From positions 21,080,001 through 21,144,000 of the forward strand of contig CM022673.1 in assembly GCA_012295275.1 (NCBI GenBank): DNA of 64,000 bases, read 5' to 3'. Shown here piece after piece: positions 1 to 12,865 of this stretch. Below the pieces are notes generated by a model. That model saw only the letters and a program-made list of their open reading frames with translations. It had not been told where the DNA came from and ran no database searches. Every line of letters begins with the position of its first letter. Position 1 is the stretch's first letter. The position numbers and the translations under genes were made by a program. The DNA comes from Chrysomallon squamiferum. Lineage: Eukaryota; Animalia; Mollusca.

Positions 1-336
1 AATGCATTTTCTGCGAAATTCCTCTCAAAATTAAAATTAAACATTTACAACATTCATATTGGCAGTGCTTATTACAGGTAAAATAATTTGTTAACAGTTT
101 TAATTTCGTATTCTTTCTGTCATTCTTTCTTTCTTTCTATCTTTATATATATTGTGATGCAGATAAAGTGTAAAGTCAGGTTGTTGTTTTTTTGTTGGAT
201 TTTTTTCAGTTGTGTCTTTTTAAAATGAAATCTGTAAAATTAAACTTGTTTCATATAACATAAAAATTGTGATACAAAAAAACAAAAAAATTGCATTCAA
301 ATGAAAAACTTGTTTTGTGATTTACCGTAATAATAA

Positions 337-417
337 TGAATGAATGAATGTTTAACGATACCCAAGCACTGAAAAAATATATTGGCTATTGGGTGTCAAA
401 TAAAGTTAAATATACCA
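337..417. repeat. Probable fragment of an interspersed repeat with (AATG)n end
   Basis: AATGAATGAATGAATGTTTAACGATACCCAAGCAC...GGCTATTGGGTGTCAAA carries an internal hairpin (ATACCCAA/TTGGGTGT). It resembles a gastropod repeat family from memory only. Confidence 0.3.
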
Positions 418-1197
418 AAATGGTGAATATTTTCTATATAAAAATTCAATATTAAAATTAGTCAAAACGCAGTGTAAACAGCTGTGCAAAAAGTATCAGA
501 TTCTATTTAAATTATTTTAGATTACGTTTTTTTTTTTGAAGAAATTGCCCCTTCCCGAATAGCTGTTAACTGCTCTGACAGTAATACACATAGATAAGTG
601 AATTTTCAGTTTCATTTAAATCTTTATAAAAAAAAAGTGAGTTCCATACTTTTACCTCCCCCCACCCAATTGATGTGAAAAACCCTGGATACCTTATTTT
701 AATATATGATAAAAATTCCAAGATAATTCTGTTTTAAATAAATAATTATGTTTCAGTTAATTATTCAGTTTAGCTTTGTATTTGGTAATCCAGCTGTATC
801 TTTTGTATAACTAGCTTCAAGGCAACGTGAAGAAAATATTTTTACAAGTCTCTTGCATTCTTACCACAGGAGGCGCTAGTCCTGTTACAGAAAACTTTTA
901 GAATTATTATATATTATGTAATCAAATACGAGTGTTAAGTCTTTAAATCAACATTTTATTACATTGTCCATAGCAATAATTTTGAAAATGTGCAGCTAAC
1001 AATTCATAACGAATAAATGCTTAGAACTAAACTACTTAATTCATCGCATTTCTGTAACGGAATAAAATTTACCTTCTGGAGCATCAGCCTTAAACATTTT
1101 TTGAAATGAGGTTTTCAATACAATACAATGGAAGCGTATTCCTATATCGGTATCATTTTTTTAACCAGTTTTCGAAATGATGATAAAAAAAAGAAAA

Positions 1198-1244
<47 letters not shown>

Positions 1245-2592
1245 TAATAATAATAAGTATATTAAGTAATAATAATATTTGCTTTTAATTCGCAGAGTAG
1301 AGTATTTCTCTAAAGTGTTTAATGTTGAATGTTCTCACGTTTTATTCAATAAATTATTTATAATTAATTAAAAACAAATTGAAATTATTCTCAACACACC
1401 TTCGGCATCTTAACATAGAATCGATGGCAGTGTTTCTAAAAAGAAATTAACTAAAGAAGGGGAAAAGGGGAGATAAGAAAGGAATCAACAATATTTTAAT
1501 GGATAACGGATGGCACGTTATACATTTTCGAAAAACTCAAACGACACATTGTTTGAAGCCATCTTTATTTTCGTTATGGTTGATCGAACAGCTTCAGTTA
1601 AGCTACAGTAAACAGTTTGTATTTGAAATAACGTTTATTTTTCATGTTAATCAGAATAATTAATAATTTTTAAAGAAAAACCAGGTCTGGCCGTAGGGAA
1701 AATTTAACAAATATAATTTTAGAAACATTTTAGCATTTCGTACTTAATTAAAAATAAATTAATAAATATGAAGACAGAAGACAATAAAAGGGCATTTTTG
1801 TGTGGAGGACATTGTGTTTACATGTTTCTGAAACACGAACACTGACCACCTTCAGACTAGAATGAACAGCAAAGATAAAATGAAATCCAGCAGCAATCGT
1901 TTGTTTTCAAGCCAGTTGTTTTTTCCAGAACACAGTACGTAAATGTTTTGTTTTTAAACGTTATTAATTAACGAGTTTAGTATCGATATGTTAAGGTATT
2001 TGCCTTGTTTGCCAAATTCACAAACAGTCTAGGTAATCATTCTAGATAATTGAAAAATGAAATAAAATAAAATAAATAAATAAATGGAAGGGAAAGGTTT
2101 CAAAATTATTTTTAAATGTTCAGTATACAGGAACTGAATATATTTGTACACACAGATTCAGAATTGAAGTCGCAGTTATTCCCATTTAATACTGGAATAA
2201 TTTTCTGTTTGTTTAAAACCATGCAATTTAATTGGCAATATAATTTGTTTTTATCGGTATAATTTGGCAGGAAACAACTATAATATAATCATGAGTATAT
2301 TTTTTTTGTTTTTCAATTATTTCATTATTTGTACATTATTAATCTTTCTATCTGTCTATCTGTCAGTTTATCCATCAATCAATCAGTCTAGCTGTCTCTC
2401 TATCTGTATACCTGTCTATCTATCTATCTGTCTATCTATCTATCTTACTATCTATCTATCTGTCTGTGTGTCTGTCTATTTATCTTTTTATTTATATATA
2501 TATATATATATTTTTTTTTTTGAAAAGTTTTGTCACCTTCTTGTTATTAAAGGTCGTGAAGAAACTTTTTTAATTTTCACTTCTTATTTTAG

Positions 2593-3381
2593 GCAGTGAC
2601 TGTGGAACAAATCTTGCCCTAAACAAGACAACTCGTCAGTCATCGACGGCAGACCTGGCGGTTTCAGCGAGGTCTGTTGACGGAAACAAGAACAGCAGTT
2701 TTGAAGCGAAAAGCTGCTCTCGCGCTGATGGGCCACAGGCGGAATGGTGGGAAGTGGACATGTTTGGTTTCTTCCTCAGAGCGTCCGTCACCATAACCAA
2801 AAGTCATTGTTGTTGTAAGAACACTAAAGTAGTACTAAACTTACTAGTAATAATAATGGTTTATGACGACGACGACTATGATGATGTTGATGATGATGAT
2901 GATGATGATATATTCGTTAGTGGGATTTATTTATTTATTTATTTATTAGCGAAATTGCTACTGAAAATAAAATAAAATAAAATTAAATACAAATATTTTA
3001 TTTCAAATCTAGTCATTTGATGACAAGCTGTAATAGTAATAATAATAAAAAAAGAACAACAACAACAAGATGGTAATGAATGTAAAGAGAAAGACAAATG
3101 GATTGTTGTCCGTTTGTTGTATAATTCAGTTTCTTGAGGCTTGTTCTTAGTCTGAGATTTTATAGACCAATCACTCTATTCTTAAAGTCAGTAACTGTTC
3201 ATGCTAGTGTACACTGATAATTTGTCACACTTTAAAACATTAAACATAATAATTTAATATGGAATTTCGTATATTGTTTTCTATGTTTAATAATAAACAA
3301 GTTATTGATCAGGGATCTACCCATCTACATGCATACATAGTCACATACATATAAACACATACATCATCATCATCATCATCA

Positions 3382-3418
<37 letters not shown>

Positions 3419-4104
3419 CATTATTATCATTATCATTATTATATAAAATTATCATGATAAAGCCATTATTTTCATCATTTTATATACTTTTTTGCTCTGT
3501 TATTGATCGTACTAATGTTACAGCCATAACTACAACTAATATACTACTACTACTACTGCTACTGCTACTACTGCTACTACTACTACTACTGCTACTACTA
3601 CTACTGCTACTACTACTACTACTGCTGCTACTACTACTACTACTTATTTATTATTTATTTTTTTATAATATTCCATTGTACTTCAGCACTAAGAAATATT
3701 ACTGTTGAGGTATTTCTCAATGACCGGCTGCAGTACACTGATGAAACGCCCACGTTGTGTCACATTAAACAAATGTACACACAAACAAACAAACATCCAG
3801 ACAGCATCGACGACAGCGCTACTATCACTATAACTTATTTCAATTTTCCCTGTTAAAACAATTTTTATTTTCAGATGTCGAGTTTCGACCCCACTCTGAT
3901 ACTGGTTTGTTATCAAGCAAAGTTCCATCGAAGCGGTTCCTGCATCAGTGCTGTCTCATGTGTCTCCAGAGCCTCTCTTGTTTCGCTCTCGACTACAACA
4001 CTGAAACACACGAGTGTCAGCTAATATCACGTGATAACCTTTCTCTCAAAGCCGCACCATGGATACGTTTAACCATTGATAAAATCTACATTGCATCCTC
4101 GTAA
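2593..4104 (+). CDS. F-type lectin (fucolectin-like) + PAN/apple-like domain gene, partial/degenerate (possible pseudogene)
   Basis: Exon 2593-2814 (AG..GT) translates GSDCGTNLALNKTTRQSSTADLAVSARSVDGNKNSSFEAKSCSRADGPQAEWWEVDMFGFFLRASVTITKSHCC, matching the F-type lectin pattern NLAL.K...QSST/AVDGN/WW.VD. An exon from 3687 continues LRNITVEVFLNDRLQYTDETPTLC. Exon 3875-4104 encodes C-x3-C-x5-C-FALDYN-x4-ECQL (PAN/apple-like) and ends in TAA. No convincing start exon was found. Confidence 0.6.
3362..3643. repeat. Trinucleotide microsatellites (CAT/TAT)n and (CTA/CTG)n
   Basis: Directly visible; source of the poly-Leu ORF 3454-3708. Confidence 0.95.
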
Positions 4105-5252
4105 ATTTTGTAAATTTTTCTTTAATTCATTCTTTCTTTCTTTTATTTTCTTTATTTCTTTTATTTTCTTTCTTTCCTTCTTTCTTTATATATGTATTTA
4201 TACATGTGTTTAAGAGCAAACTTGTTCTCTGTTTCATAATCATATCCAATGAGATTTATTTATTTTACGTATTGCCATGGAAGACTGTAAACAACACAAG
4301 AATTCAAATAAAAGAGCGTTAAATTTGTATGTTTCGTTTGAGAATACGCTGACAAATATCTATATATAATGTAAAGAGATACCCTCTCGAGATCCTAAAT
4401 AGAATTTTCAAAATGAATTTACTCATTTATTTCTATATATTTTTAGCTGTGTTTTATCTTTTAAAATAATTTGTGTTCCGAATTTGACGTTTTATGTAAA
4501 TAATACTGAAATATTCACGCAGTCTTGATTATTTATTGATGCTACTAAAAGTGAAATAATCAGGAATTTCTAAACAACGATAATCTCAAGAGACAGTTCA
4601 CAGTCATTAATATGATAGTATTGAAACACATGTTTATTTAAACAAACATCAGTGTGCATGACAAACCAGATAAAACGACTATCTGAGAGATAAAAGAGAA
4701 AGCTCTGAACTGCTCAAACGTGTTACTGGTTGGATTGGTCTTCTTAAACGTTTTTCCTACAGTAGTTTATTTCTCATACTGTAAGCAACATCTCTGACGC
4801 TGTAATACCAAAACAGCCTCTCTAATATATATATATAAAATATACATGCATACATAGACACATACATACAAACACATACATCCATTTATTTATTTATTTT
4901 ATTTTAGTTCATTTTTCAATGATCTAGAATGATTACCTAGAAGAAGAAGAAAAAAAGAAGAAAAACATCCTTTTGAATGTAGCTATAATAGTATAAAAGA
5001 AACCGCATTTCGAACTTTTGAAAAATTCCACTTTTAATGTATTAACTCAAAAAAATGGTCATTTAGAAACACTTCAGTCGTGATATTTCTTAGCCACTTC
5101 TATGCAAAATACATATGAGAAATAAAAGGCTTCAATCCCGATCGATTATACCAAAATATTTTTAAAATAAATATCACTGTCTTTCGACGCAGTTCCTTTT
5201 AGTCCAGATTACAAATTACCACAGTATATATGTATGAATGAATGTATGTATG

Positions 5253-5254
<2 letters not shown>

Positions 5255-5350
<96 letters not shown>

Positions 5351-5357
5351 TCTCTCG
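5255..5357. repeat. (CT)n microsatellite
   Basis: Directly visible. Similar (CT/GA)n tracts occur at ~11480-11535, 12227-12317 and 27750-27814. Confidence 0.95.
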
Positions 5358-6648
5358 CCATGTTTTGCCACACAGGTTTAACCAGGTTGATGAATCGTTA
5401 CAAGCGACAGAGCAGACAAGAGAAGACAGGCAGAGAACAGGCAGGCCGGTGTTAGCGTGTTCTGCGGAATCACTTCCTGACAGGGGACACTTTTTTACAA
5501 GAAAAATCAATTAATATGATTTCAGTGGATTGGAAAAAAAAATGTTTTTACTGAAATGAATTAACTAACTATTTAATTAATAAATAAAATGTTATTATTT
5601 GTATAAATAAATGAATGTTTATTACAAACAGTTTTTGCATACGGTGATTTGTCTGTAGAAAGAAAAGTGTCTGATTTCAGCCAGTTATTTCTGGAACGTG
5701 CAAGACTAGAATTTAACAGAGAAAGATGACATGATTACCAGATGAATTCTGTGATACGCCTTGATACCACACATAACTACAGTAATGCTTTTGTCATTAT
5801 GTTTATTTCTGATTTATCAGGTTCCAGATATAAATTCGATGTTGAGCTTTTTTTTTTCCTTTTCCTTTTTTTTTCGTTTGCTGTTGTTGTAGTTGTAAGT
5901 GTTGTTTAGCGTTCCTTTGATTTGGTATATAACATTCATTTCGGACGCGATGGCTTGCAGGATCAAGTATCTTTATTTCACCAAGCTGGCTAAAGCTATC
6001 AAATTTCTCGGGATATGTGGAACAGACAACAAAGAAACTGCTGTCAATGCAAAAAACTGAAAAAGGTGAGAAAAAAACTCAGAAAAATATAAAACATTAA
6101 ATTCATTAAAGTATAAATATTTTATCTAGGTCAAGCTCACACAGACGCACGTGCGCGTGCTCTCACACACATACATAAAGGGGCGCGCGCGAACGCACAC
6201 ACTCTCTTTCTCTCTCTTTGTTTTAATGTCAGCACTGGATTTATTCTTTCATTAACTGAGAAAACCAACAATATTAACAAAAGTGAATGTGTTTTTAATC
6301 TTCCAGCCGCATTTTGAGCACAGATAATTAACGTATTATAGCATTAGGGTTTTGTGCAGTTACCGATAATTTTATTTTAGGTTTGGTTTCTTTTCGGTTT
6401 TTGGTTTTTGATTATTTCTTCTACAGAAATATATAAAACAAATTGTAAAATATCGACATAGTATCGATTTGGGTGTTTAACAAGTTCATCATGATTAGTT
6501 GTTATACGGTTGTAGAAAAAATGGCACCCGGAAGAAATAGCACCCTATTTATTTTTTCTGTATAGTTGCTTTAAAAAAAAATTAAAAGTACTTTTGAAAA
6601 TACGTTTTTTCATGCAGTATTATTACATACATGTATATTAATATATAG

Positions 6649-7910
6649 CAGTGGTTCTCAAAGGGTGTGCCCCACAAAATTCTAGGATCTAGGTAGATAT
6701 TTGTGATGATAAAAAAACTGATTATGTTAAGAGCGGAAAGATATCCAGTAAGAAATAGCCGGTTGTCCGGAAGAAGATTATATACACGTTGTAAACGAAA
6801 CGAGTTTTGGCTGATGAGCAAGCGCGGCTGTCAAGGCTGTGCAGTAGTTTACCAGTGACAGTATGAGTGTGATAAATAGCCAAAGTTTTCTTGTGACACA
6901 TATTCCTATCACTGTCACAGTCACTACCCATCTAAAACTTTAATACTTTATGGCATTTTAGCCTATTATTTAGTTAAAAGGAAACGATTGATAAAAGTTT
7001 TCCCTCACTGCACAATGCACACCATTAAAAATATAGCCTTTGTACCGTTTTTTGACATTGCTTTGTATTTCAAAATTATTTATTGCTTTTATTGAATTTG
7101 CAAAGAAAATTGTTGTATCAAAATAAATATACAAATTATTTCTATATTAAGCATGAGAAAATGAAATAAGTTAAATAAACAAAATAACGATAATACAATA
7201 TTTTTGAAGAAATTGCTAAGACACGTCAGGCTCATACATCTCATCAGCTGAAAATAGATGATGAATAAAGGTATGTACCCACACAAGGGTGGTAACTCTA
7301 AATATATCAGTGAACATCTCTCACACAAGGACGGTAACTCTAAATATATCAGTGAACATCTCTCACACAAGGGCGGTAACTCTAAATATATCAGTGAATA
7401 TCATCAAGGGCGGTAAGTAACTATATCAGTGAACATCTCTCACGCAAGGACGGTAAGTAACTATATCAGTGAACAGCTCTCACACAAGGGCGGTAACTCT
7501 AAATATATCAGTGAACATTTCTCACACAAGGACGGTAACTCTAAATATATCAGTGAACATCTCTCACACAAGGGCGGTAACTCTAAATATATCAGTGAAC
7601 ATCTCTCACACAAGGGCGGTAATTCTAAATATATCAGTGAACATCTCTCACAGAAGAAAAACAAACGGTACAGATTCCAGACGAGAACCTATTATACCTA
7701 TTATGAGGGAAAATTTGACATAGATGTAGACATTGAGGATAGACAACCTCAGCAGCCTGCTCCGCAACCGATTCAGCCGCAGTATCCTTCTTTCAGTTAT
7801 TTATGTATGTTATTTCATTTTGTATTATATTTCGTAGCATTTTGTTTGCAGTGTGCCATTTTTTGTAAGGCTTCAAGTGTGCCTCGACTTCAAAACGTTT
7901 GAGAACTACT
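6649..7910. mobile_element. hAT-superfamily non-autonomous element
   Basis: TIR CAGTGGTTCTCAAA at 6649 versus TTTGAGAACTACT at 7898-7910. Flanks ATATATAG (6641-6648) and ATATAG (7911-7916) resemble an eroded 8-bp TSD. CAGTGGTTCTCAA termini are typical of hAT/Charlie-like elements. Confidence 0.75.
7280..7652 (+). repeat. 42-bp minisatellite, ~9 copies (CACACAAGGGCGGTAACTCTAAATATATCAGTGAACATCTCT)
   Basis: Directly visible, with two shorter GTAAGTAACT variant units. It explains the repetitive ORFs 7089-7370, 7429-7902, 7461-7664 and 7469-7723. Confidence 0.95.
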
Positions 7911-8059
7911 ATATAGCACCAATCAGCCACTTGGTTTTGCTTAACAAAGTACAGTATTAAATCAGAGTTTAATATTACACATATACACATACATATAGAG
8001 ACATATACAAATATATACATACATACATACATGTGCACCTACCTACCTACCTACCTACC

Positions 8060-8091
<32 letters not shown>

Positions 8092-9257
8092 TACATCTAT
8101 ACATATATATATACACACTCACATACGTACATATATATGTATAATATATATATATATATACACACATACATATATGTATGCTTTCACACGTACATAGATG
8201 AATGAATACGTTCATACATACAGACACATTCATACAGATGTACCTAATATAAATATGCATAACCATAGTTAAAATAACACACACATATATCTTTGAACTG
8301 ACTGAATGGTGTCATTCTGGAGGATATTTTACTGTGGTATGCGTATTAAAATTAGATACATTTGTATGAACATGTCATGAACATATACGTGTATGTATGT
8401 ATGTATATATGTATGTACGTATATATATGTATATGTGTGTATATGTATTTATATGTGTGTGTATTTGTGTAATATTAAACTCTGGTATAATACTGTACTT
8501 TGTTTAGCAAAACCTCATGGCTGAGTGATACTGTATATTGATATACATCTATGTAACAATACTGCATGAATGAACAGTATTTTCAAATCTGCACAGGTGC
8601 CATTTTTTCCGTCCCCATATGGTACAGACCGTTCTGTAAAACAATATATTTTAGTTTGATTATTATGGAACTGCTTTGCGTACGGTAAGGACTTACAATT
8701 CTGGCACTTTGTTATATATTTTTTTATGCTTCCATATGTCTGTGCCTCCCATTGCCTTCAGATCTAATTTGTAGCGTATCATTGTAAATACGAGAATATG
8801 AATGAGTTGACAAGTGTCTTGATCGACGTAATATCTCTTTAGTCATATCTCTGTGAAATTTGAAACTGACTTCGTCATGAATTATGCCATATGTTGATTA
8901 ATATAAACACTACACTGAATTCTATAATCTAGAGTTCACTTAATAAATAAACAAACTTGAAATTTAACAATACGAAGTTATTTATAACGTAATAAAGTTT
9001 ATTGCTATGTATAAACTATTCACAGGTTAAGAATATCTGCTGTATAATATGGAAACGTAGACACATGTTAAAAGCATTGTGAATATTTTAGAAAATATAT
9101 TCAACGTGTTCGACTGCAGCTGTAAAGAACTGGAGGAAGAGAAACCCAAAATAGAAGTAAATATAATTACTTTCTAACTTTCTCCTCCATTTTCGTTTAT
9201 CACCTTTTATTTATTTATTTATTTATTTATTTATGAACATTTTGGATTTATTTCGCA

Positions 9258-9385
9258 CAAAATTATTTATTGCTTTTATTGAATTTGAAAAGAAAATTGC
9301 TGTATCAAAATAAATATACAAATCATTTCTATATTAAGCATGAGAAAAACAAATAAGTTAAATAAACAAAATAACGATAATACAA
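9258..9385 (+). repeat. 128-bp direct repeat; the other copy is at 7071-7198 inside the hAT element
   Basis: Both copies read CAAAATTATTTATTGCTTTTATTGAATTTG...AAATAAACAAAATAACGATAATACAA with few substitutions. Confidence 0.9.
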
Positions 9386-11476
9386 AAACTGAATAACAGA
9401 AGAAAAACCTAGTAACAAAATAAAACAAATATATACAATATGCCAAAATCTTTTGGTAGGAAACGAACATAACAAAGATACGTAACTAAAAATAATGTAA
9501 ACTCATACACGAAAACTACTTCTATCAGTTAATGGCAGAAAGAAGGAAAAACAAGAATGGAGAAATATGTATAATAAATAGGAGACGACAAACGGAATGT
9601 ATTTCTGAGGTAACGCCAATATTTTTTCTCTTCGTTCTTTTAACCCACAAATATTTTTAATAAAAACAGGGTATGTGATCTCCTGTCATTGTCAGGAAAA
9701 TATAAACATTTGAGGAAAAAATCTGACTGACTAGCATTTTTAATGGGAATCTTTTAGAATGAAAACAATCGTGCAGGGCTAGTTGAACATTATCTATTAA
9801 GTAGAATCGCGCTTTGGCTTAACAGTTCATATTAACAAGAAATAAAGTAACTTTAACGATCATAAATAATGAAGAATTGTAAACTTTCCTTTTCTTCCAT
9901 ATTGGGGTTCTTTGTGTATGTGTGTTTTAAATCATAAAATATAAACAGGCGCCTTTGGCTTTTACTATTAATAAGAAGTGTATGTCGAAGACGTTGTTCA
10001 ACCCTTTTGAGGCCTCAGAGAGAATGTCTTCATCTGGCGAGCTGACACAGTTTGCTCTCTTACTCTCTTCCATCCGGCTCACTGCGACAAACCGCTGAAG
10101 ACTTTCTACCAGGTCAGTATTCCTGCATGTAACTCGATAAAGGCGCGTTCATACAGATCAACTTAAGTTATATGTCACACTGAGATTCCGAGTTCTAGTA
10201 ATAGCTCAAAACGTAATTTTTATTTATTTTTTTATTTGTACTAACATTATTCGAATTTGAATTTACAATATAAAACCCGTTTATTTTAATATTAATAGTA
10301 AATCGAAAGTAAATACGTTGGTTAATACAAGTTAAACAGTGAAAAAGTTCATAAATATCTAAGATTAATGATAAATAAATAAATAAATAAATATAACGGG
10401 GGAGGGGATGGTAATGTGATATTATAATATATGTACGTAAGTTACTCATAATAAGAGTTACTGCCCTGGGAACAAAAACTCAAGACGGGGTTTCAAATCA
10501 AAGGGCTTTAATAATAGGTAATCCCTTATATAGAAATATTGAAGTACACAACATTGTAACTCTGGCGTCTATAAGGATGACAAATTGATCAGGTTCACAA
10601 AACCGTATTTAATTAATACGAAGCCTAATAAAGATTCTACAGTTGTAAAATCAGAACAAAACAGAAACCAAACCAAAAACACCTACAGACTAGTGTCGCT
10701 GTCTTCACTAACAATTATTTAAGGTCATATCATGTCAAGGGCAAGAGTTCAATCCTTGTTATCTGAAAATGTTTCCCTTCTAGACAGCAGTTGCCACATT
10801 TGGTCATGTCACGTGATTTTACAGTTCCCTGTACTAACGAAATCTCCCAATAGGAGGCAGTTATTTTAACCTATCTTGCTAGCACTTACTCCTCTCCGAT
10901 TACTTTTATTAATTATTTTACAAACATTAAATACTGACCTTTATAGAATAGGAAACAATGGTTATCATTTCTGTATTCTACATAAATAAACTATAATTAG
11001 AACAATAAATACATTATGAATACGAAAAAGAAATAAACTATTTAATAAACCAGTTAATAGAAACGTCAGCAAAGCTCCACCAGACTGTGACACTGTTATC
11101 TTCAGTGCTGTAAGTGTTGTTTGATTGTTTGTTTCTGAAAACATTTATTTTCTTTTTGCTTGTGCCGATCTCCAGACATCTTGTGTGGCTTTTGGAAATC
11201 TGGGCTGTGAGTAAGAAGGATATATAATTTCTATAAAAAATGAACAGCTTTTGTGTTTTTTTTAAAATAGTGATTTCCGTTGAACTGTATAATTATTAAT
11301 ATTGAATAATAATTTTAAAATATCTTATATTATTTCTTAAAACTTAATCAGTAAATATTCACTTCCTATTTGAGAGATTATTAATATAATCAGTTGTATA
11401 GACCTCCCTAAGAGATATTTGGCATTTATACAAGACCAGAGAACATCTGTACTACTCATTTTCTATGTTAGTGGAA

Positions 11477-11539
<63 letters not shown>

Positions 11540-11738
11540 ATTTTAAAATAGTCATATAATACAAGCTGTATTATTTTTAAGACAATAATTTATTTATTTA
11601 TTTATTTTTATTTATTTATTTTTTTATTATTATTATTTTGAAGTTCTAAGAATATTTAGGAATATTTTACAACAGACCCACTTTTTGTTTCGTTTTTTAC
11701 ATTTTAATTTATTTATTTATTTATTATTATTATTATTG

Positions 11739-11813
<75 letters not shown>

Positions 11814-12222
11814 TGTAAAGAAAATTTCTTCTAAATTTTGCAGAACCTGTAACTGAATATGAAAGCATTTAATTCTTAGTCTGTATTGATACATTATGTC
11901 GCTGATAAATTCAGTTAACATTGCAAAAGAAAAGAAAACAGATTAATGATATGATATCTACAACCACAACAAGAACAACACAAACATCAACGAAAACAAC
12001 AACAACAACAACAGTAATAATAATAATAATAACAATATGAGTTACTTTTATTTAATGATATGTTGACTTATCGAAAGCGATATTTTAATTTTTATCCAAA
12101 AGCAAAAAACAAAAACAAAGAAGAAAAATACTTGGTGTCGAAGGATTTACTTTGAAATATCTTTTTCTTGAAAGAGAATAAAAAGAGCGATATTAACTTC
12201 TCCGTGTAGCCAATATATGAAC

Positions 12223-12320
<98 letters not shown>

Positions 12321-12378
12321 GGAGGCACAGACATAGAAACATATCTATAAAACAAAGAAACGAGGTTTAAGTCCTTAC

Positions 12379-12424
<46 letters not shown>

Positions 12425-12576
12425 TGTCGTTATAAATGAAAATTTATTTTTATTTCTTTCTCTACAGAAATATTTTAGGTTACTGATTTTCATAGTTATT
12501 TATTTGCAACCCTGTTCTAATATTTTTAATATATCATACTTTCAGTTTCAGCTTTTAGTATATTTAACCCAAAAGT

Positions 12577-12832
12577 ATGGAAAGTGACGGAATCGAAGTA
12601 GTCGTAGAAGAAAATTGTATCAAAGTTGAAAACGAAGGAAAGCAGACGTCACTGTTTAAAAAGGAAATGCTGTATAGTGTATCGGAAACACCTCCTTGGT
12701 ACCTGTGTATCCTATTGGCTTTCCAGGTTTGAATGTTAGCCGATTAATTATACTGTGGCTTATGAGTATTTCGCAGATTGTAAATAATAAATAGAATATT
12801 TGTTTGTTTGTGTTTACACACACAGACACGCA

Positions 12833-12865
<33 letters not shown>

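Larger units (their letters stand above)
6507..8617. mobile_element. Non-autonomous long-TIR (foldback, possibly Mutator-like) DNA element, interrupted by a hAT insertion
   Basis: Left end ...GAAAAAATGGCACC (~6516-6529) is the reverse complement of GGTGCCATTTTTTC (~8596-8609). Sequence 6592-6648 joined to 7911-~8000 is an inverted copy of ~8450-8587. The centre is AT/AC/ACCT microsatellite. Confidence 0.7.

Noticed and set aside
3454-3708. Poly-Leu ORF, and similar SLSL, HTHT, YIYI, CVCV ORFs at 5234, 8051, 12092, 12808, 27608, 32385, 34751, 41925
   Set aside because: Translations of microsatellites.
7280-7652. CRISPR-like array or repeat-protein gene (ORF 7429-7902)
   Set aside because: Contiguous tandem units with no unique spacers, no cas genes and a eukaryotic context. 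The ORFs are by-products of a 42-bp unit inside a TE.
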